A DNA stretch of 62,904 bases, filler included, from Octopus bimaculoides (GCF_001194135.2; 6 parts of 5 records of this genome joined end to end with filler, not necessarily neighbours in it), one strand, 5' to 3'. Shown: positions 37,690-50,090, counted from the whole stretch's first letter. The notes: a model not told the origin generated them from the sequence alone. Program-made: numbers and translations.

Positions 37690-38830
37690 AGAGTAAAGGA
37701 GGGAGGTAAAGAGAGGGAGAGGAAGGAGAGAATGAAAGAGAGGGAGGAAGGGAGAATGAGAGAGAGGGAGGAAAGGAGAATGAGAGAGGGGAGGAAGGGA
37801 GAATGACGGGGATGAAGGGAGAATGAGAGAGGGGTGGAAGGAGGAATGAGAGAGGGGGAGGAAGGGAAAATGAGGGAAAGGGAGGAAAGGAGAATGAGAG
37901 AGGGGTGGAAGGAGGAATGAGAGAGGGGGAGGAAGGGAAAATGAGAGAGAGTGAGGAAAGGAGAATGAGAGAGGGGTGGAAAGAGGAATGAGAGAGGGGG
38001 AGGAAAGGAGAATGAGAGAGANNNNNNNNNNNNNNNNNNNNNNNNNNNNNNNNNNNNNNNNNNNNNNNNNNNNNNNNNNNNNNNNNNNNNNNNNNNNNNN
38101 NNNNNNNNNNNNNNNNNNNNNNNNNNNNNNNNNNNNNNNNNNNNNNNNNNNNNNNNNNNNNNNNNNNNNNNNNNNNNNNNNNNNNNNNNNNNNNNNNNNN
38201 NNNNNNNNNNNNNNNNNNNNNNNNNNNNNNNNNNNNNNNNNNNNNNNNNNNNNNNNNNNNNNNNNNNNNNNNNNNNNNNNNNNNNNNNNNNNNNNNNNNN
38301 NNNNNNNNNNNNNNNNNNNNNNNNNNNNNNNNNNNNNNNNNNNNNNNNNNNNGAGGGAGAGGGAGGAAAGGAGAATGAGAGAGGGGTGGAAAGAGGAATG
38401 AGAGAGGGGGAGGAAAGGAGAATGAGAGAGGGGTGGAAGGAGGAATGAGAGAGGGGGAGGAAGGGAAAATGAGAGAGAGTGAGGAAAGGAGAATGAGAGA
38501 GGGGTGGAAAGAGGAATGAGAGAGGGGGAGGAAAGGAGAATGAGAGAGAGGGAGGAAAGGAGAATGAGAGAGGGGTGGAAGGAGGAATGAGAGAGGGGTG
38601 GAACGAGGAATGAGAGAGAGGGAGGAAATGAGAATGAGAGAGAGGGAGAGAGGGAGAGGGAAAGGAAAGGAAAGGAAGAGAGAACAGGAGAAAAGGAGAG
38701 AGAGAAGGGAAGGAGAGAAGAGAGGAAAGGAGGGAGAGAGGGGAAAGAATAGGAGAGGAAAAGAGAACAGAGTGAGAGAAGGAGAGAGAGAGAGAGGTAG
38801 AAGAGAGGAAAGGAAGGAGAAAGAGGGAGA
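37690..38830. repeat. Purine-rich (GA) minisatellite, ~20-bp units
   Basis: Repeated gaggaaaggagaatgagaga-type units. Source of the spurious S/L/P-rich ORFs. Confidence 0.85.
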
Positions 38831-38989
38831 CAATGAGAGAACTGTTGAAATGAAAGAAACATTAAAAGGTCCAATGTCAAGTGAGTCAGCATCAAATCAA
38901 TGAGGCCAAATTGTAATTTCTTCCTCTCTCTCCTTTTCGCTTCTCTCCTTTTTTTTTCATTTTAACAGTTCTCACATTCTTTCCCTCTC

Positions 38990-39640
38990 TCACTCTCTCT
39001 CCTTCTCACTCTTCCTCCCCCTCTCTTTNNNNNNNNNNNNNNNNNNNNNNNNNNNNNNNNNNNNNNNNNNNNNNNNNNNNNNNNNNNNNNNNNNNNNNNN
39101 NNNNNNNNNNNNNNNNNNNNNNNNNNNNNNNNNNNNNNNNNNNNNNNNNNNNNNNNNNNNNNNNNNNNNNNNNNNNNNNNNNNNNNNNNNNNNNNNNNNN
39201 NNNNNNNNNNNNNNNNNCACTCCCCCTCTCTCACTCCCCCTCTCTCTCCCATTCTCCCCTTCTCTCCCCTCTCTCTCCCTCTGTTTCTCTCTCCCTCTGT
39301 TTCTCTCTCCCTCTGTTTCTCTCTCCCTCTGTTTCTCTCTCCCTCTGTTTCTCTCTCTCTCTGCTCTCTCTCCCCTTCTCGCCCCCTCCCACCTTCTCTC
39401 ACCCCCCATCTCTCACTCTCTCTCCTTCTCACTCTTCCTCCCCCTCTCTTTCCTTCTCTCTTTCCTTCTCTCTTCCTTTCCTTTTCTTTCTCGCCCTCTC
39501 TCTCTCTCTCCTTTACCTCTGTTCTCTCTTCCTCTCCTTTTCTTTCTCTCTCTCACCCACCCTCTCTCTCCCTTCTTCTCCCCTTCTCTCCCCTCCCTTC
39601 TTCTCCCCTTCTCTCCCCTCCCTCCTTCTCGCTCTTCTGC
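38990..39640. repeat. Pyrimidine-rich (CT) low-complexity tract
   Basis: ccctctgtttctctct repeats. Opposite strand polarity to the adjacent GA tract. Confidence 0.8.
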
Positions 39641-39769
39641 TATGCTCAAACATCTTGTACTTCTTGATAGATATGTTATTCTATCGACCCTAGAAGGGTG
39701 ATGCACAAAGTTGACTAGGAAAGGGTTTGAACTTGGAGCCTTAAGAGCCCAACTAATAACGTAAGGCAT

Positions 39770-39910
39770 TTACATTATTTACTTTATTTACATTTGACAG
39801 TTATTTGTCTTCAACTTGTTGGTTGTTAGCACAACAATTTGGCTGATGTACCTTCCAACCTTCATCAGTTGTCTTGGCGGAATTTCGAACCTGGATTCTC
39901 ATTCCTAAGG
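39770..39910 (-). mobile_element. Short PLE/retrozyme-like repeat with minimal type I hammerhead motif (CUGAUGA core, GAAA decayed)
   Basis: Minus strand gacaa-CTGATGA-A-GGTTG(10-nt loop)CAGCC-AAATTGTTGTG. Related copies at 41908-42010 (+) and 49004-49085 (-). Confidence 0.6.
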
Positions 39911-40846
39911 TATGTTTCTGATGTTGTTGTTATTATCATTATTATCATTATTATTTTTATTAATATTATTCTGGTCACTGCCTGGAATTGAAATCAGAAT
40001 CTTGGGGTTAGTAGCCTGCACTCTTAACCACTATGCCAAGGGGTTAAGAACGCAAGCTACTAACCCCAAGATTCTGAGTTCAATTCCAGACAGTGACCTG
40101 AATAATAATAATAACAATAATAATAATAATAATAATGTAAGACATGTTTTCTAGTATACTAATGATTTCTGCTAATTTACTACCTTACTTAATGAAGATA
40201 ATAATCATAATAATAAATCGAATTAAAACATACTAGAATAAATGAGTGAAGTTTCTCTACTTCTCTTCTTTGTTTGTCCAAGCATATCATCCCAAGGTGC
40301 CAACCACTAAAAATATTGTTCTGTCCCAGAAGATTGTTTTCTATTTTCTTCTACATGTCTAGGAAGAAGCATCTTCTTTCACAACATGATGATGATGATG
40401 ATGATGGATAATGATACTTATTAATTAGATTCAATGAAAATGTAATTATACATTTGAATATAAATTGATTTCTTTGGGGAAAATTAATAGTAATATATTT
40501 TTCTGAATTAAAATATAAATCAGAATTTTTCATCTACAGCTTGTTCATCCATTGTATATTAAACACAACATTGCCCAGCTAAAGATGGTGATATCTTTTA
40601 TGGAAATCAAGAATATATTCATAAGAAAATTATCTTCCCAGCTTGAAATTTTTTTTTAATATTTTTTTTTTTGCTTTCGTTTGTTTTAATCAAGAGAAGA
40701 AAATTCTCATATATNNNNNNNNNNNNNNNNNNNNNNNNNNNNNNNNNNNNNNNNNNNNNNNNNNNNNNNNNNNNNNNNNNNNNNNNNNNNNNNNNNNNNN
40801 NNNNNNNNNNNNNNNNNNNNNNNNNNNNNNNNNNNNNNNNNNNNNN

Positions 40847-40902
<56 letters not shown>

Positions 40903-41017
40903 GTATGTATACATATATTTATATATGCATATATGTGTATATAAATATATATACATATATATATGTATATATATGTATATACATATATGAATATATACGT
41001 ATATATATATGTGTATG

Positions 41018-41074
<57 letters not shown>

Positions 41075-41611
41075 ATGTATATATATATGAATGTATGTAT
41101 GAATGTATGTATGTATGCATATATGTATTGTATATAATGATTACAATTCATGTATATCTATGTATGTAACAAAAAAAAAGAAAAAACTCATCAACCCTTC
41201 TGGATTATTTTCAGATGATACTAAAATCTTAAAAATTCTAATTTCTGTATATTTTCAATAAAATTAACATTTCATTGTCCATTTTAAACATCACCATTTC
41301 TCAAAACCTCATCTCTCGTTCTCCTCCCTTTTCTCTTTCTCTCTATCTTTTTCCACTTCCCTCTCACCCTCTTACTATAGCTCTCACTCGCTATGATTTA
41401 TTCTACTCCTTTTTTTTTTTCCGGTTTCCAACAATATGCATGTGTTAATTTCTTTGTCATATCCACAATATCCCACTATCTTATTCTGACATTTGTCATC
41501 GTTACAAGATTGGTGTAGCAATCATAATTTTAAGGAAACGAAGAGACAATAGACATGAATTAAAATAATAAAATAACAACAGTAATAAATGAGTGAAGAA
41601 AAAAAATATAA

Positions 41612-41907
41612 TCTTTTTTACTCTTTTACGTGTTCGAGTCATTTGACTGCCGCCATGCTGGAGCACCACCTTTAGTCGAGCAAATCGACTCCAGGACTTA
41701 TACTTTGGGAGCCTAGTACTTATTCTATCGGTCTCTTTTGCTGAACCGCTAACTTACGAGCACGTAAACACACCACCATCAGTTGTCAAGTGATTTTGGG
41801 TGAACAAACACAGACACACAAACAGATACACACATACATATGTATATATATACATATATATATACAATGGGCTACTTTCAGTTTCCGTCTACTAAATCTA
41901 CTCGCAA
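41612..41907 (-). mobile_element. Composite SINE copy, head replaced by a hammerhead-type repeat
   Basis: 3' module and microsatellite are present. Homology breaks at about 41907, where the ATGAAGGCTGG repeat starts. Confidence 0.65.
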
Positions 41908-42035
41908 ATGAAGGCTGGAGAATATATCAGCCGAAACATTGTGTTAACAACAAGCAAGATGAGGACAAATATCTGTCGAATGTAAATAATGTAAATAAAA
42001 ATATTCATGTTCAAAAATAATATATATATCAGTCT

Positions 42036-42251
42036 AAGGCAGCAAGCTGGCAGAAATGTTAGCACAACGAGCAAAATGCTTAGCGGTATTTCATCTGTCT
42101 TCACGTTCTGAGTTCAAATTCCACCGAGGTAGACTATGCCTTTCATCCTTTTGGAGTCAATAAATTAAGTACAAGCTGCATACTGGAGTCGATCTAATCG
42201 ACTGGACCTGGCTCCCCAAAAATGTTGGGCTTTGTGCCTAGATTAGAAAAG
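42036..42251 (+). mobile_element. SINE family A copy
   Basis: Full-length, aligns to the family by eye. Confidence 0.8.
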
Positions 42252-42263
42252 TATATGTATATT

Positions 42264-42302
<39 letters not shown>

Positions 42303-42559
42303 GTGTGTATGTATATTGCAAAAACAATGAATTACTTTCACATATCACTAGGTTATAACTTTGGATATTTTTCTAATTGCTTAGAACTTCACTGTTTATC
42401 TGCTGTTGTCTTCCTTATAGATGTTTGAAAACCATTTCTCCGTTTTTATATGCAATTATCCCCCTATATTCCTTCACTTCATATGTCTCAATCTTTACAA
42501 CATTGAAATTTCTAAATTTAAATGCATGCATGTAATATATATTTAAATGTATATTTTTT

Positions 42560-42728
42560 TCTCTCCTTTTTTTTCTCTCCTTGTTTCTTTCTGTGTTCCT
42601 TTCTGTGGAAGAGCATAGGCTCGAAACGTTAAAGACTTTTTCACTTCCCGAGCATTATACTAATACATCTGTTTGTTTTCTACACCATCTGTCTTCGTCT
42701 GTTGTTTTTTGTGAATTCTCCCAATATA
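42560..42728 (+). mobile_element. Short PLE/retrozyme-like repeat carrying a minimal hammerhead-like motif (CUGUGGA core)
   Basis: CTTT-CTGTGGA-A-GAGC ATAG GCTC-GAA-ACGT-T-AAAG at 42599-42634. Related copies at 31805-31950 and 46285-46445. Confidence 0.55.
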
Positions 42729-43926
42729 NNNNNNNNNNNNNNNNNNNNNNNNNNNNNNNNNNNNNNNNNNNNNNNNNNNNNNNNNNNNNNNNNNNNNNNN
42801 NNNNNNNNNNNNNNNNNNNNNNNNNNNNNNNNNNNNNNNNNNNNNNNNNNNNNNNNNNNNNNNNNNNNNNNNNNNNNNNNNNNNNNNNNNNNNNNNNNNN
42901 NNNNNNNNNNNNNNNNNNNNNNNNNNNNNNNNNNNNNNNNNNNNNNNNNNNNNNNNNNNNNNNNNNNNNNNNNNNNNNNNNNNNNNNNNNNNNNNNNNNN
43001 NNNNNNNNNNNNNNNNNNNNNNNNNNNNNNNNNNNNNNNNNNNNNNNNNNNNNNNNNNNNNNNNNNNNNNNNNNNNNNNNNNNNNNNNNNNAACAGTGTT
43101 TTGGCTTTACCCATGATCTTTTATACAATATATATTGTATTTTGAGATGGTCATTTCTTTTTTTTTTTTACCAAATAAACACACACATTATATACCCATT
43201 TTTCACTACTTCATTACTATTTTTATTCTAACTCATGTCCCCTGTCCGGAAATCTTTTGTCACACATCTGTGACCGCCACAGTGACACTTTCTGCCTTCG
43301 TGTGCTCTCTTGCTCTGCCTATTCCATTCTGTTCTTCTATGATGTGTATCCTTATATGTATATGCATCTGTGTGTGTATGTGCATGTTCATGTGTGTGTG
43401 TGTGTCTGTATCATTGGTTTTTAGTAGCACTATGACCCTCCCCTCAGCCCTGCCCTCATCTTATTGCAGCTGCTGCCCTAGGACCCGACTTTTTGTACCA
43501 TTCTTGTAACTCACTATGTTTGTGTGTTCACCCACGCTGCTGCTATCATCGTAGTTGTTGCCGTTGTTGTTGTCATTGATCTTACTGCTGTTGCTGTTGT
43601 TATTGTTAGTTATGTTGTTGATATTGCTGTGGCCGTCTGTGAAGCTACTGTATGTGTGTTTGCGTGTGTGTGTGTGTGTGTATGGGTTCATTCCGAACAG
43701 ATAGGTCAACGCGTAATTTTTTAAATGTCTAACTTTTCCCTGATGATATTTTGCTCTTAACTTATAAATGCAAATTTGATGAACAAATTTGTAATTTATT
43801 CAATGAGTATAAATGGAAACAGCTGTAGGAAGAAATGATTATCAATTTATTAATAAATAGTTATTAACCACTAACTCTCCATTTTCTTCTCTTAATAAAA
43901 TACAGATCATATACATTACACACACA

Positions 43927-44024
<98 letters not shown>

Positions 44025-44025
<1 letters not shown>

Positions 44026-44253
44026 GGAGGCGAGCTGGCAGAAACGTTAGCACACCAAGCAAAATGCTTAGCAGTATTTCGTCTGCCACTATATCCTGAC
44101 TTGAAATTCTGCCGACGTCGACTTTGCCTTTCATCCTTTGGGGGCGATTAAATAAGTACCAGTTATGCACTGGGGTCGATATAATCGACTTAATCCGTTT
44201 GTCTGTCCTTGTTTGTCCCCTCTGTGTGCAGCCCCTTGTGGGCAGTAAAGAAA
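44025..44253 (+). mobile_element. SINE family A copy (gtgggcagtaaagaaat-type tail)
   Basis: Full-length, aligns to the family by eye. Confidence 0.8.
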
Positions 44254-44764
44254 TTACACACATATATATGCACACATTATGTATGTATGCATGCATGTAT
44301 GTATGTATCTATGTATTCAAGTCAATGTGCGATCCTCCGAATGGTTGCTCAACCTGCTAGTATAAGTAGTTAACTCTCTCTCAAGTCGAGTTCCACCATC
44401 TTAGCAATGACACATCGAATTAGGTTTATGGCGTCTAAAGGAAAATAATGTAAAAGAGTTATTGAGTAGCCTAAAGCTAAGCAAGAAAAAAAAAAAACAA
44501 TAATGAGATCACAGAAGTCACTTGTACTATTGAATGGTTGCTTCTGTAGAAAAACACTGGCAGTTTTCTGTGTAACCATGTGTGCCATTGTCTCAAACTG
44601 CATTGAAAATTCCAGAAGAAACACTATCTCCAGGCAGTTTTATCCTATTTATGCATTACACGCACAGAGACATACATACATACATACATACATACATACA
44701 TACATACATACATACATACATGTATACATACATACACATGTGTGTGCATCATCATCATCGTTTG

Positions 44765-44805
<41 letters not shown>

Positions 44806-44857
44806 CACACACACATACACATACACACACACGCACACACACACATATATATATATA

Positions 44858-45230
44858 CAGGGTGATTCAAAAGTTTCTTTACATAGGAAAAATTTATTTG
44901 TTTACAAGAGACAGTTTATAAGACCCCCTAGGTCCCCTAATCTGACCCCTCTTGATTTCTATCTTTGGAGTCATTTGAAAGGTATGGTGTATCGCAGAAA
45001 GATAAAAGACATAAATCGTTTAAAGGAAAGCATCACCAAATCATTTGCATACGTATCAACAGATATGGTATTATGAGTTAACGATCAGTTGGGTAAATGT
45101 ATTGCAATGTGTATTCAAAACAATGGGAACCACACAGAGCCTGTTAAATAAAAAAAAAAGAAACTGTCCTTATAAACTGTTTCTTATAAAAAGATAAATT
45201 GTTCCTATGTATGGCAACTTTGAATCACCC

Positions 45231-45232
<2 letters not shown>
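44858..45232 (+). mobile_element. Internally deleted Tc1/mariner element
   Basis: TIRs cagggtgattcaaaagttt and aactttgaatcaccctg, left TA site, and transposase remnant RPPRSPNLTPLDFYLWSHLKGMVY. Confidence 0.85.
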
Positions 45233-45267
<35 letters not shown>

Positions 45268-45865
45268 NNNNNNNNNNNNNNNNNNNNNNNNNNNNNNNNN
45301 NNNNNNNNNNNNNNNNNNNNNNNNNNNNNNNNNNNNNNNNNNNNNNNNNNNNNNNNNNNNNNNNNNNNNNNNNNNNNNNNNNNNNNNNNNNNNNNNNNNN
45401 NNNNNNNNNNNNNNNNNNNNNNNNNNNNNNNNNNNNNNNNNNNNNNNNNNNNNNNNNNNNNNNNNNNNNNNNNNNNNNNNNNNNNNNNNNNNNNNNNNNN
45501 NNNNNNNNNNNNNNNNNNNNNNNNNNNNNNNNNNNNNNNNNNNNNNNNNNNNNNNNNNNNNNNNNNNNNNNNNNNNNNNNNNNNNNNNNNNNNNNNNNNN
45601 NNNNNNNNNNNNNNNNNNNNNNNNNNNNNNNNNNNNNNNNNNNNNNNNNNNNNNNNNNNNNNNNNNNNNNNNNNNNNNNNNNNNNNNNNNNNNNNNNNNN
45701 NNNNNNNNNNNNNNNNNNNNNNNNNNNNNNNNNNNNNNNNNNNNNNNNNNNNNNNNNNNNNNNNNNNNNNNNNNNNNNNNNNNNNNNNNNNNNNNNNNNN
45801 NNNNNNNNNNNNNNNNNNNNNNNNNNNNNNNNNNNNNNNNNNNNNNNNNNNNNNTATATATAGGC

Positions 45866-46260
45866 GCAGGAGTGGCTGTGTGGTAAGTAGCTTGCTTACC
45901 AACCACATGGTTCCAGGCTCAGTCCCACTGAGTGGCACCTTGGGCAAGCGTCTTCTACTATAACCTCGGGTTGACCAAAGCCTTGTGAGTGGATTTGGGA
46001 GACGGAAACTGTAAGAAGCTCGTCGTTTATATATCTATATGTATACATGTGTGTGTTTGTGTGCCTGTGTTTGTACCCCCCAACATCGCTTGACAACCGA
46101 TGCTAGTGTGTTTACGTCCTGTGGTTTGACAAAAGAGACTGATAAAGTAAGTACACGGCTTACAAAAAATAAGTCCTGGGGTTGATTTCCTCGAATAAAT
46201 GCGGTGCTCCAGTATGGCCACAGTCAAATGACTGAAATAAGTAAAAGAGTAAAGAGTATA
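45866..46260 (+). mobile_element. Composite SINE (tRNA/CORE-like head + internal TA/TG microsatellite + 3' module)
   Basis: agtggctgtgtggtaag...gtggcaccttgggcaag head, a microsatellite, then cttgacaaccgatgc...ccagtatggccacagtcaaatgactgaaa with a (gtaaaaga) tail. Confidence 0.75.
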
Positions 46261-46680
46261 TATATAAATATATATATACATCACTAGCCACTACACATTC
46301 CTTATTTTCTCTCCTTGTTTCTTTTTGTGTTCCTTTCTGTGGAAGAGCGAAGGCTTCTTCACTTCCTGGGCGTTATACTAATACATCTGTTTGTTGTCTA
46401 CACCACCTGTCTTCGTATTTTTGTTTTTTTTGTGAATTCTCCCTATATATATCATCATCATCATTATCGTTTAACGTCCACTTTCCATACTAGCATGGGT
46501 TGGACGATTTGACTGAGGACTGGCAAACCAGATGGCTGCACCAGGCTCCAATCTGATCTGGTAGAAATTCTACAGCTGGATGCCCTTCTTAACGCCAATC
46601 TCTCCAAGAGTGTAGTGAATGCTTTTACCTGCTACCGGCATGAAGGCCAGTCAGGTGGTACTGGCAATGGCCACGCTTAA

Positions 46681-47140
46681 ATGGTGTTAAAGGCATCAGA
46701 ACTCTCTGAATTCCAAAGAGGTCGCATTGTGGGTCATTCTGAAGGTGTACATAGCATAAAATCATAGAAAACCTTGGGAACTCCTTGTCACATGGCTAGA
46801 ATGACCTAAAATTTGTCAGACAAGAATGGCATTAAAAAGCTTCCATGGCCAAACCAGTTAATAGATATATATGATTTCTATTGAACACCTCTGGGATGGG
46901 ACATAATGGACAGGACACTTCAGGAAAGGAACAAGAAAGTATCTTCAAAGCCAGATCTTTTGAGATTACTGCATGAAACTTGGCTAGAAATTCTGCAAAA
47001 GAATATTTGTCATCTGATCAGTAACATGTCTAATAGGACTATTGGCCTTGAAAAATGCAAAGGGCATGTCTACTAAATATTAAATATTCACATCATAACA
47101 ATTAATAAATAATTTGAATGTATAATTTCAGATTTAATTA
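46681..47140 (+). mobile_element. Tc1-like transposase relic
   Basis: ASELSEFQRGRIVG (N-terminal HTH), LPWPNQ...SIEHLWD (cf. WPxxSPDLNPIEHLW) and LISNMSNR...KG (C-terminus), with a large internal deletion. Confidence 0.7.
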
Positions 47141-47689
47141 AATTTTAATGATTATAAGACACTCTATTTATTTCTGTCATGTGTGTGTGTGTGTGTGTGT
47201 GTGTGTATACATGCATACATATATATATAATATATATGTGTGTGTGTGTGTGTGTGCATGCNNNNNNNNNNNNNNNNNNNNNNNNNNNNNNNNNNNNNNN
47301 NNNNNTTAATTAATTAANNNNNNNNNNNNNNNNNNNNNNNNNNNNNNNNNNNNNNNNNNNNGTGTGAATGCATGAACGTGTGTGTACGTGTGTGAATGTG
47401 TGTCAAGCTGTTGGTGCACACGTGACAAAATATGCAGTTTGTGTGTATATGTGCATGCGCAATAGAATATGCATAGTGTGAATGCATGTGTGTGTGTGTG
47501 TGTGTGTGTGTTCATTGTATATTTAGAGAAGCATACATGTTAACAGTGCGTGTAAGTGTATGTGCATGGTTATGTATGTGTGTGTGTGTGTGGGTGTGCA
47601 TATTTGTGTGTGTAGGGTTTTTTTGTTTTTTAGTTTTCTTTCCCATTTAGATTTTAGTTGTGCAAAACGGACCACGCCCATATATATAT

Positions 47690-47971
47690 ATATGTGTGTG
47701 TGCATGTGTGTATATGCACACAGATACATATATAACTGTGTGTCTGCATATGTATATAACCACACATCAATGCACATACACACAAACACATACATACATA
47801 TATATATATATATATACATACATACACACACATCCACAAATATATATACATACATACATACATACACACACAAATGCACAAATATATATACATATATATA
47901 TATATATATACATACACACACATCCACAAATATACATACATACATACATACACACACACACAAATGCACAA

Positions 47972-48002
<31 letters not shown>

Positions 48003-48240
48003 CATACACACACATCCACAAATATATATATATACATACATACACACACACACAAATGCACAAATATATATACATATATATATATATATATACTCACACA
48101 AATGCACAAATATACACACAAACAAATATATATACACACACACACACAAATCCACAAATGTATATATATATATGCACACACCCTCACACACACAAATACA
48201 TATATAAGCACACACACACACACACACACAACCATATATA
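47690..48240. repeat. Compound CA/TA minisatellite (~70-bp higher-order unit)
   Basis: Recurring catccacaaatata...cacaaatgcacaaatatatatac blocks. Confidence 0.75.
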
Positions 48241-48290
48241 CATAATAGGATGGTTTGTTGCATAGTGTTTCTAGTTTGTGGTGGAGACAG

Positions 48291-48321
<31 letters not shown>

Positions 48322-48556
48322 GATGGTGATGATGAAAAACTGACCATGGTGATGCTGCTGATGCTGATGAAGATAATGATTACAATCCCGGTGATAATGA
48401 CCTTACTGGTGATGATGATGATGATGATGATGATGCTATTAAACCCTCCCCCCCNNNNNNNNNNNNNNNNNNNNNNNNNNNNNNNNATTAACAAGAACCT
48501 CATAAATGGATTCTCTCACAAATTAACAACAAAATACAATTAAAACGCCTCTCGGA

Positions 48557-48613
<57 letters not shown>

Positions 48614-49094
48614 CAAAAGAAAGGAAAAAAACAAAAGATAAACAAAAAAGCAACATACTGAGAATGGGCAGTGGTGGGGTGGTGGGGGTGGTAGTAGTAG
48701 TAGTAGTGGTGGTGGTGGTAGTATTAATGGTGGTGGGAGTAGTAATGGTGGTGGGAGTAGTAGTAGTATTAGTGGTGGTAGTGGGGGTAGTAGTAGTAGT
48801 GGTGGTAGTAGTAGTAGTAGTAGTAGTGGTGATGGTGGTGGTAGTAATAGTAGTGGTAGTAGCAGTAGTGGTGGTGATGGAGGCAGCAGTAGTAGGTGTT
48901 GTAATATTAGTAGTGGTAGTAGTAGTATCATCACAGTTGTCAATACAATGGCTGCTGCTGCTACTACTACTCTTCATCCTCATAATATCTCTGTTGCTAC
49001 TGAGTTTCGGCTGATATACCCTGCAGCTTTCATCAGTTGCCTTGGGGAAATTTCAAACCTGGGTTCTCATTTCTAAGGTAATAATAATAATAAT

Positions 49095-49312
49095 CCTTTC
49101 CGCTGAAGGCACAAGGCCTAAAATCTTGGGGAAGGGGACTAGTCAATTATATTGACCCCCCCCCCCCAGTGTTTCACTGGTACTTGATTTATTGACCCTG
49201 AAAGGGTGAAAGGGAAAGTCGACCCCAGCGGAATTTGAACTCAGAACGCAGCAACAGGCGAAATACTGCCAAGCATTTTGTCTGGCATGCTGACGACTCT
49301 GCCAGTTCTGCA
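49095..49312 (-). mobile_element. SINE family A copy
   Basis: Aligns to the family by eye. Confidence 0.75.
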
Positions 49313-49465
49313 CCTCAATATTATTTCTTAATGCTTTCACAGACATTCTGTAGAACAATATTCTGTGCAAAACCAAAAAGATGGCACTCTAGTCATAACT
49401 TGAACTTTGAGGTCTTTGGGTGAGACTTGGAGTCGACTTGTACAAATACAAAGCAAAAGTCAACC

Positions 49466-49496
<31 letters not shown>

Positions 49497-49505
49497 GTCA
49501 CGTAC

Positions 49506-49603
49506 CCCATTTCTCAGCAGAAAATATTCTAAAGATTTGCTTGGTTCCAACCATGTGCCTTTCTTGGGATCATCGTCGGCCAGGAAGAGACCATATTCAG
49601 CAG
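49506..49603 (-). CDS. TLN: Talin internal coding exon (second half of FERM F0 subdomain), phase 1 to phase 0
   Basis: Minus strand reads ttcatctttgtctttctctcttttgcag|CT GCT GAA TAT GGT ... AGA AAT GGG|gtacgt, translating to (x)AEYGLFLADDDPKKGTWLEPSKSLEYFLLRNG. This matches talin F0 as I recall the human sequence (SDFGLFLSDDDPKKGIWLEAGKALDYYMLRNG). The exon is 98 nt with a strong polypyrimidine tract and canonical splice sites. Neighbouring talin exons were not found, so they are probably in N gaps or outside the window. Confidence 0.95.
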
Positions 49604-49742
49604 CTGCAAAAGAGAGAAAGACAAAGATGAAATTGAGGATTTATAAACATATCCAACCCACCATTAAGCGCAGCTCACTAGCCAACCATCACCTCTTTGC
49701 AGGGTCCCTTAATCCTGTAACTAACTGCTATACTTGTTAGGA

Positions 49743-50090
49743 GACTGATCCAGCAGGTGTAGGATCAAATATATCCCAGCCATGACCATCCCATCATCTT
49801 TTATGCAAGCACAAGTGTATCTAGGACTATATTATCCAATGTGTTTTTTCTTATTGTTATTGTTTAACCCCAGGTTAGTTCTGATCCAGCAAACCTATGA
49901 TTAATGATGTTCCTGTCATGACCATCCCATCTTTTATTCAGACATAAATGTATCTAGGACTACATTATCTAATGTGTCCTTCCTAGTTGTTTTTGGCATT
50001 GTTGTTTAGCCCTAGGTCAGTCCTGATCAAGTAGAACTATGATCAAAAATGTTCCAGATTTGACCATCCCATCTTTTATTCAGGCATAGT
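49743..50090. repeat. Three tandem ~140-bp units (family also dispersed at about 50650-50740 and 56770-56880)
   Basis: gaccatccc recurs at 49783, 49920 and 50062. Confidence 0.7.

Noticed and set aside
44370-44624. ORF containing MQFE as the talin first coding exon (TMQFEPST)
   Set aside because: Only four residues match, the flanks are unrelated, and it lies 3' of the F0 exon on the talin strand.
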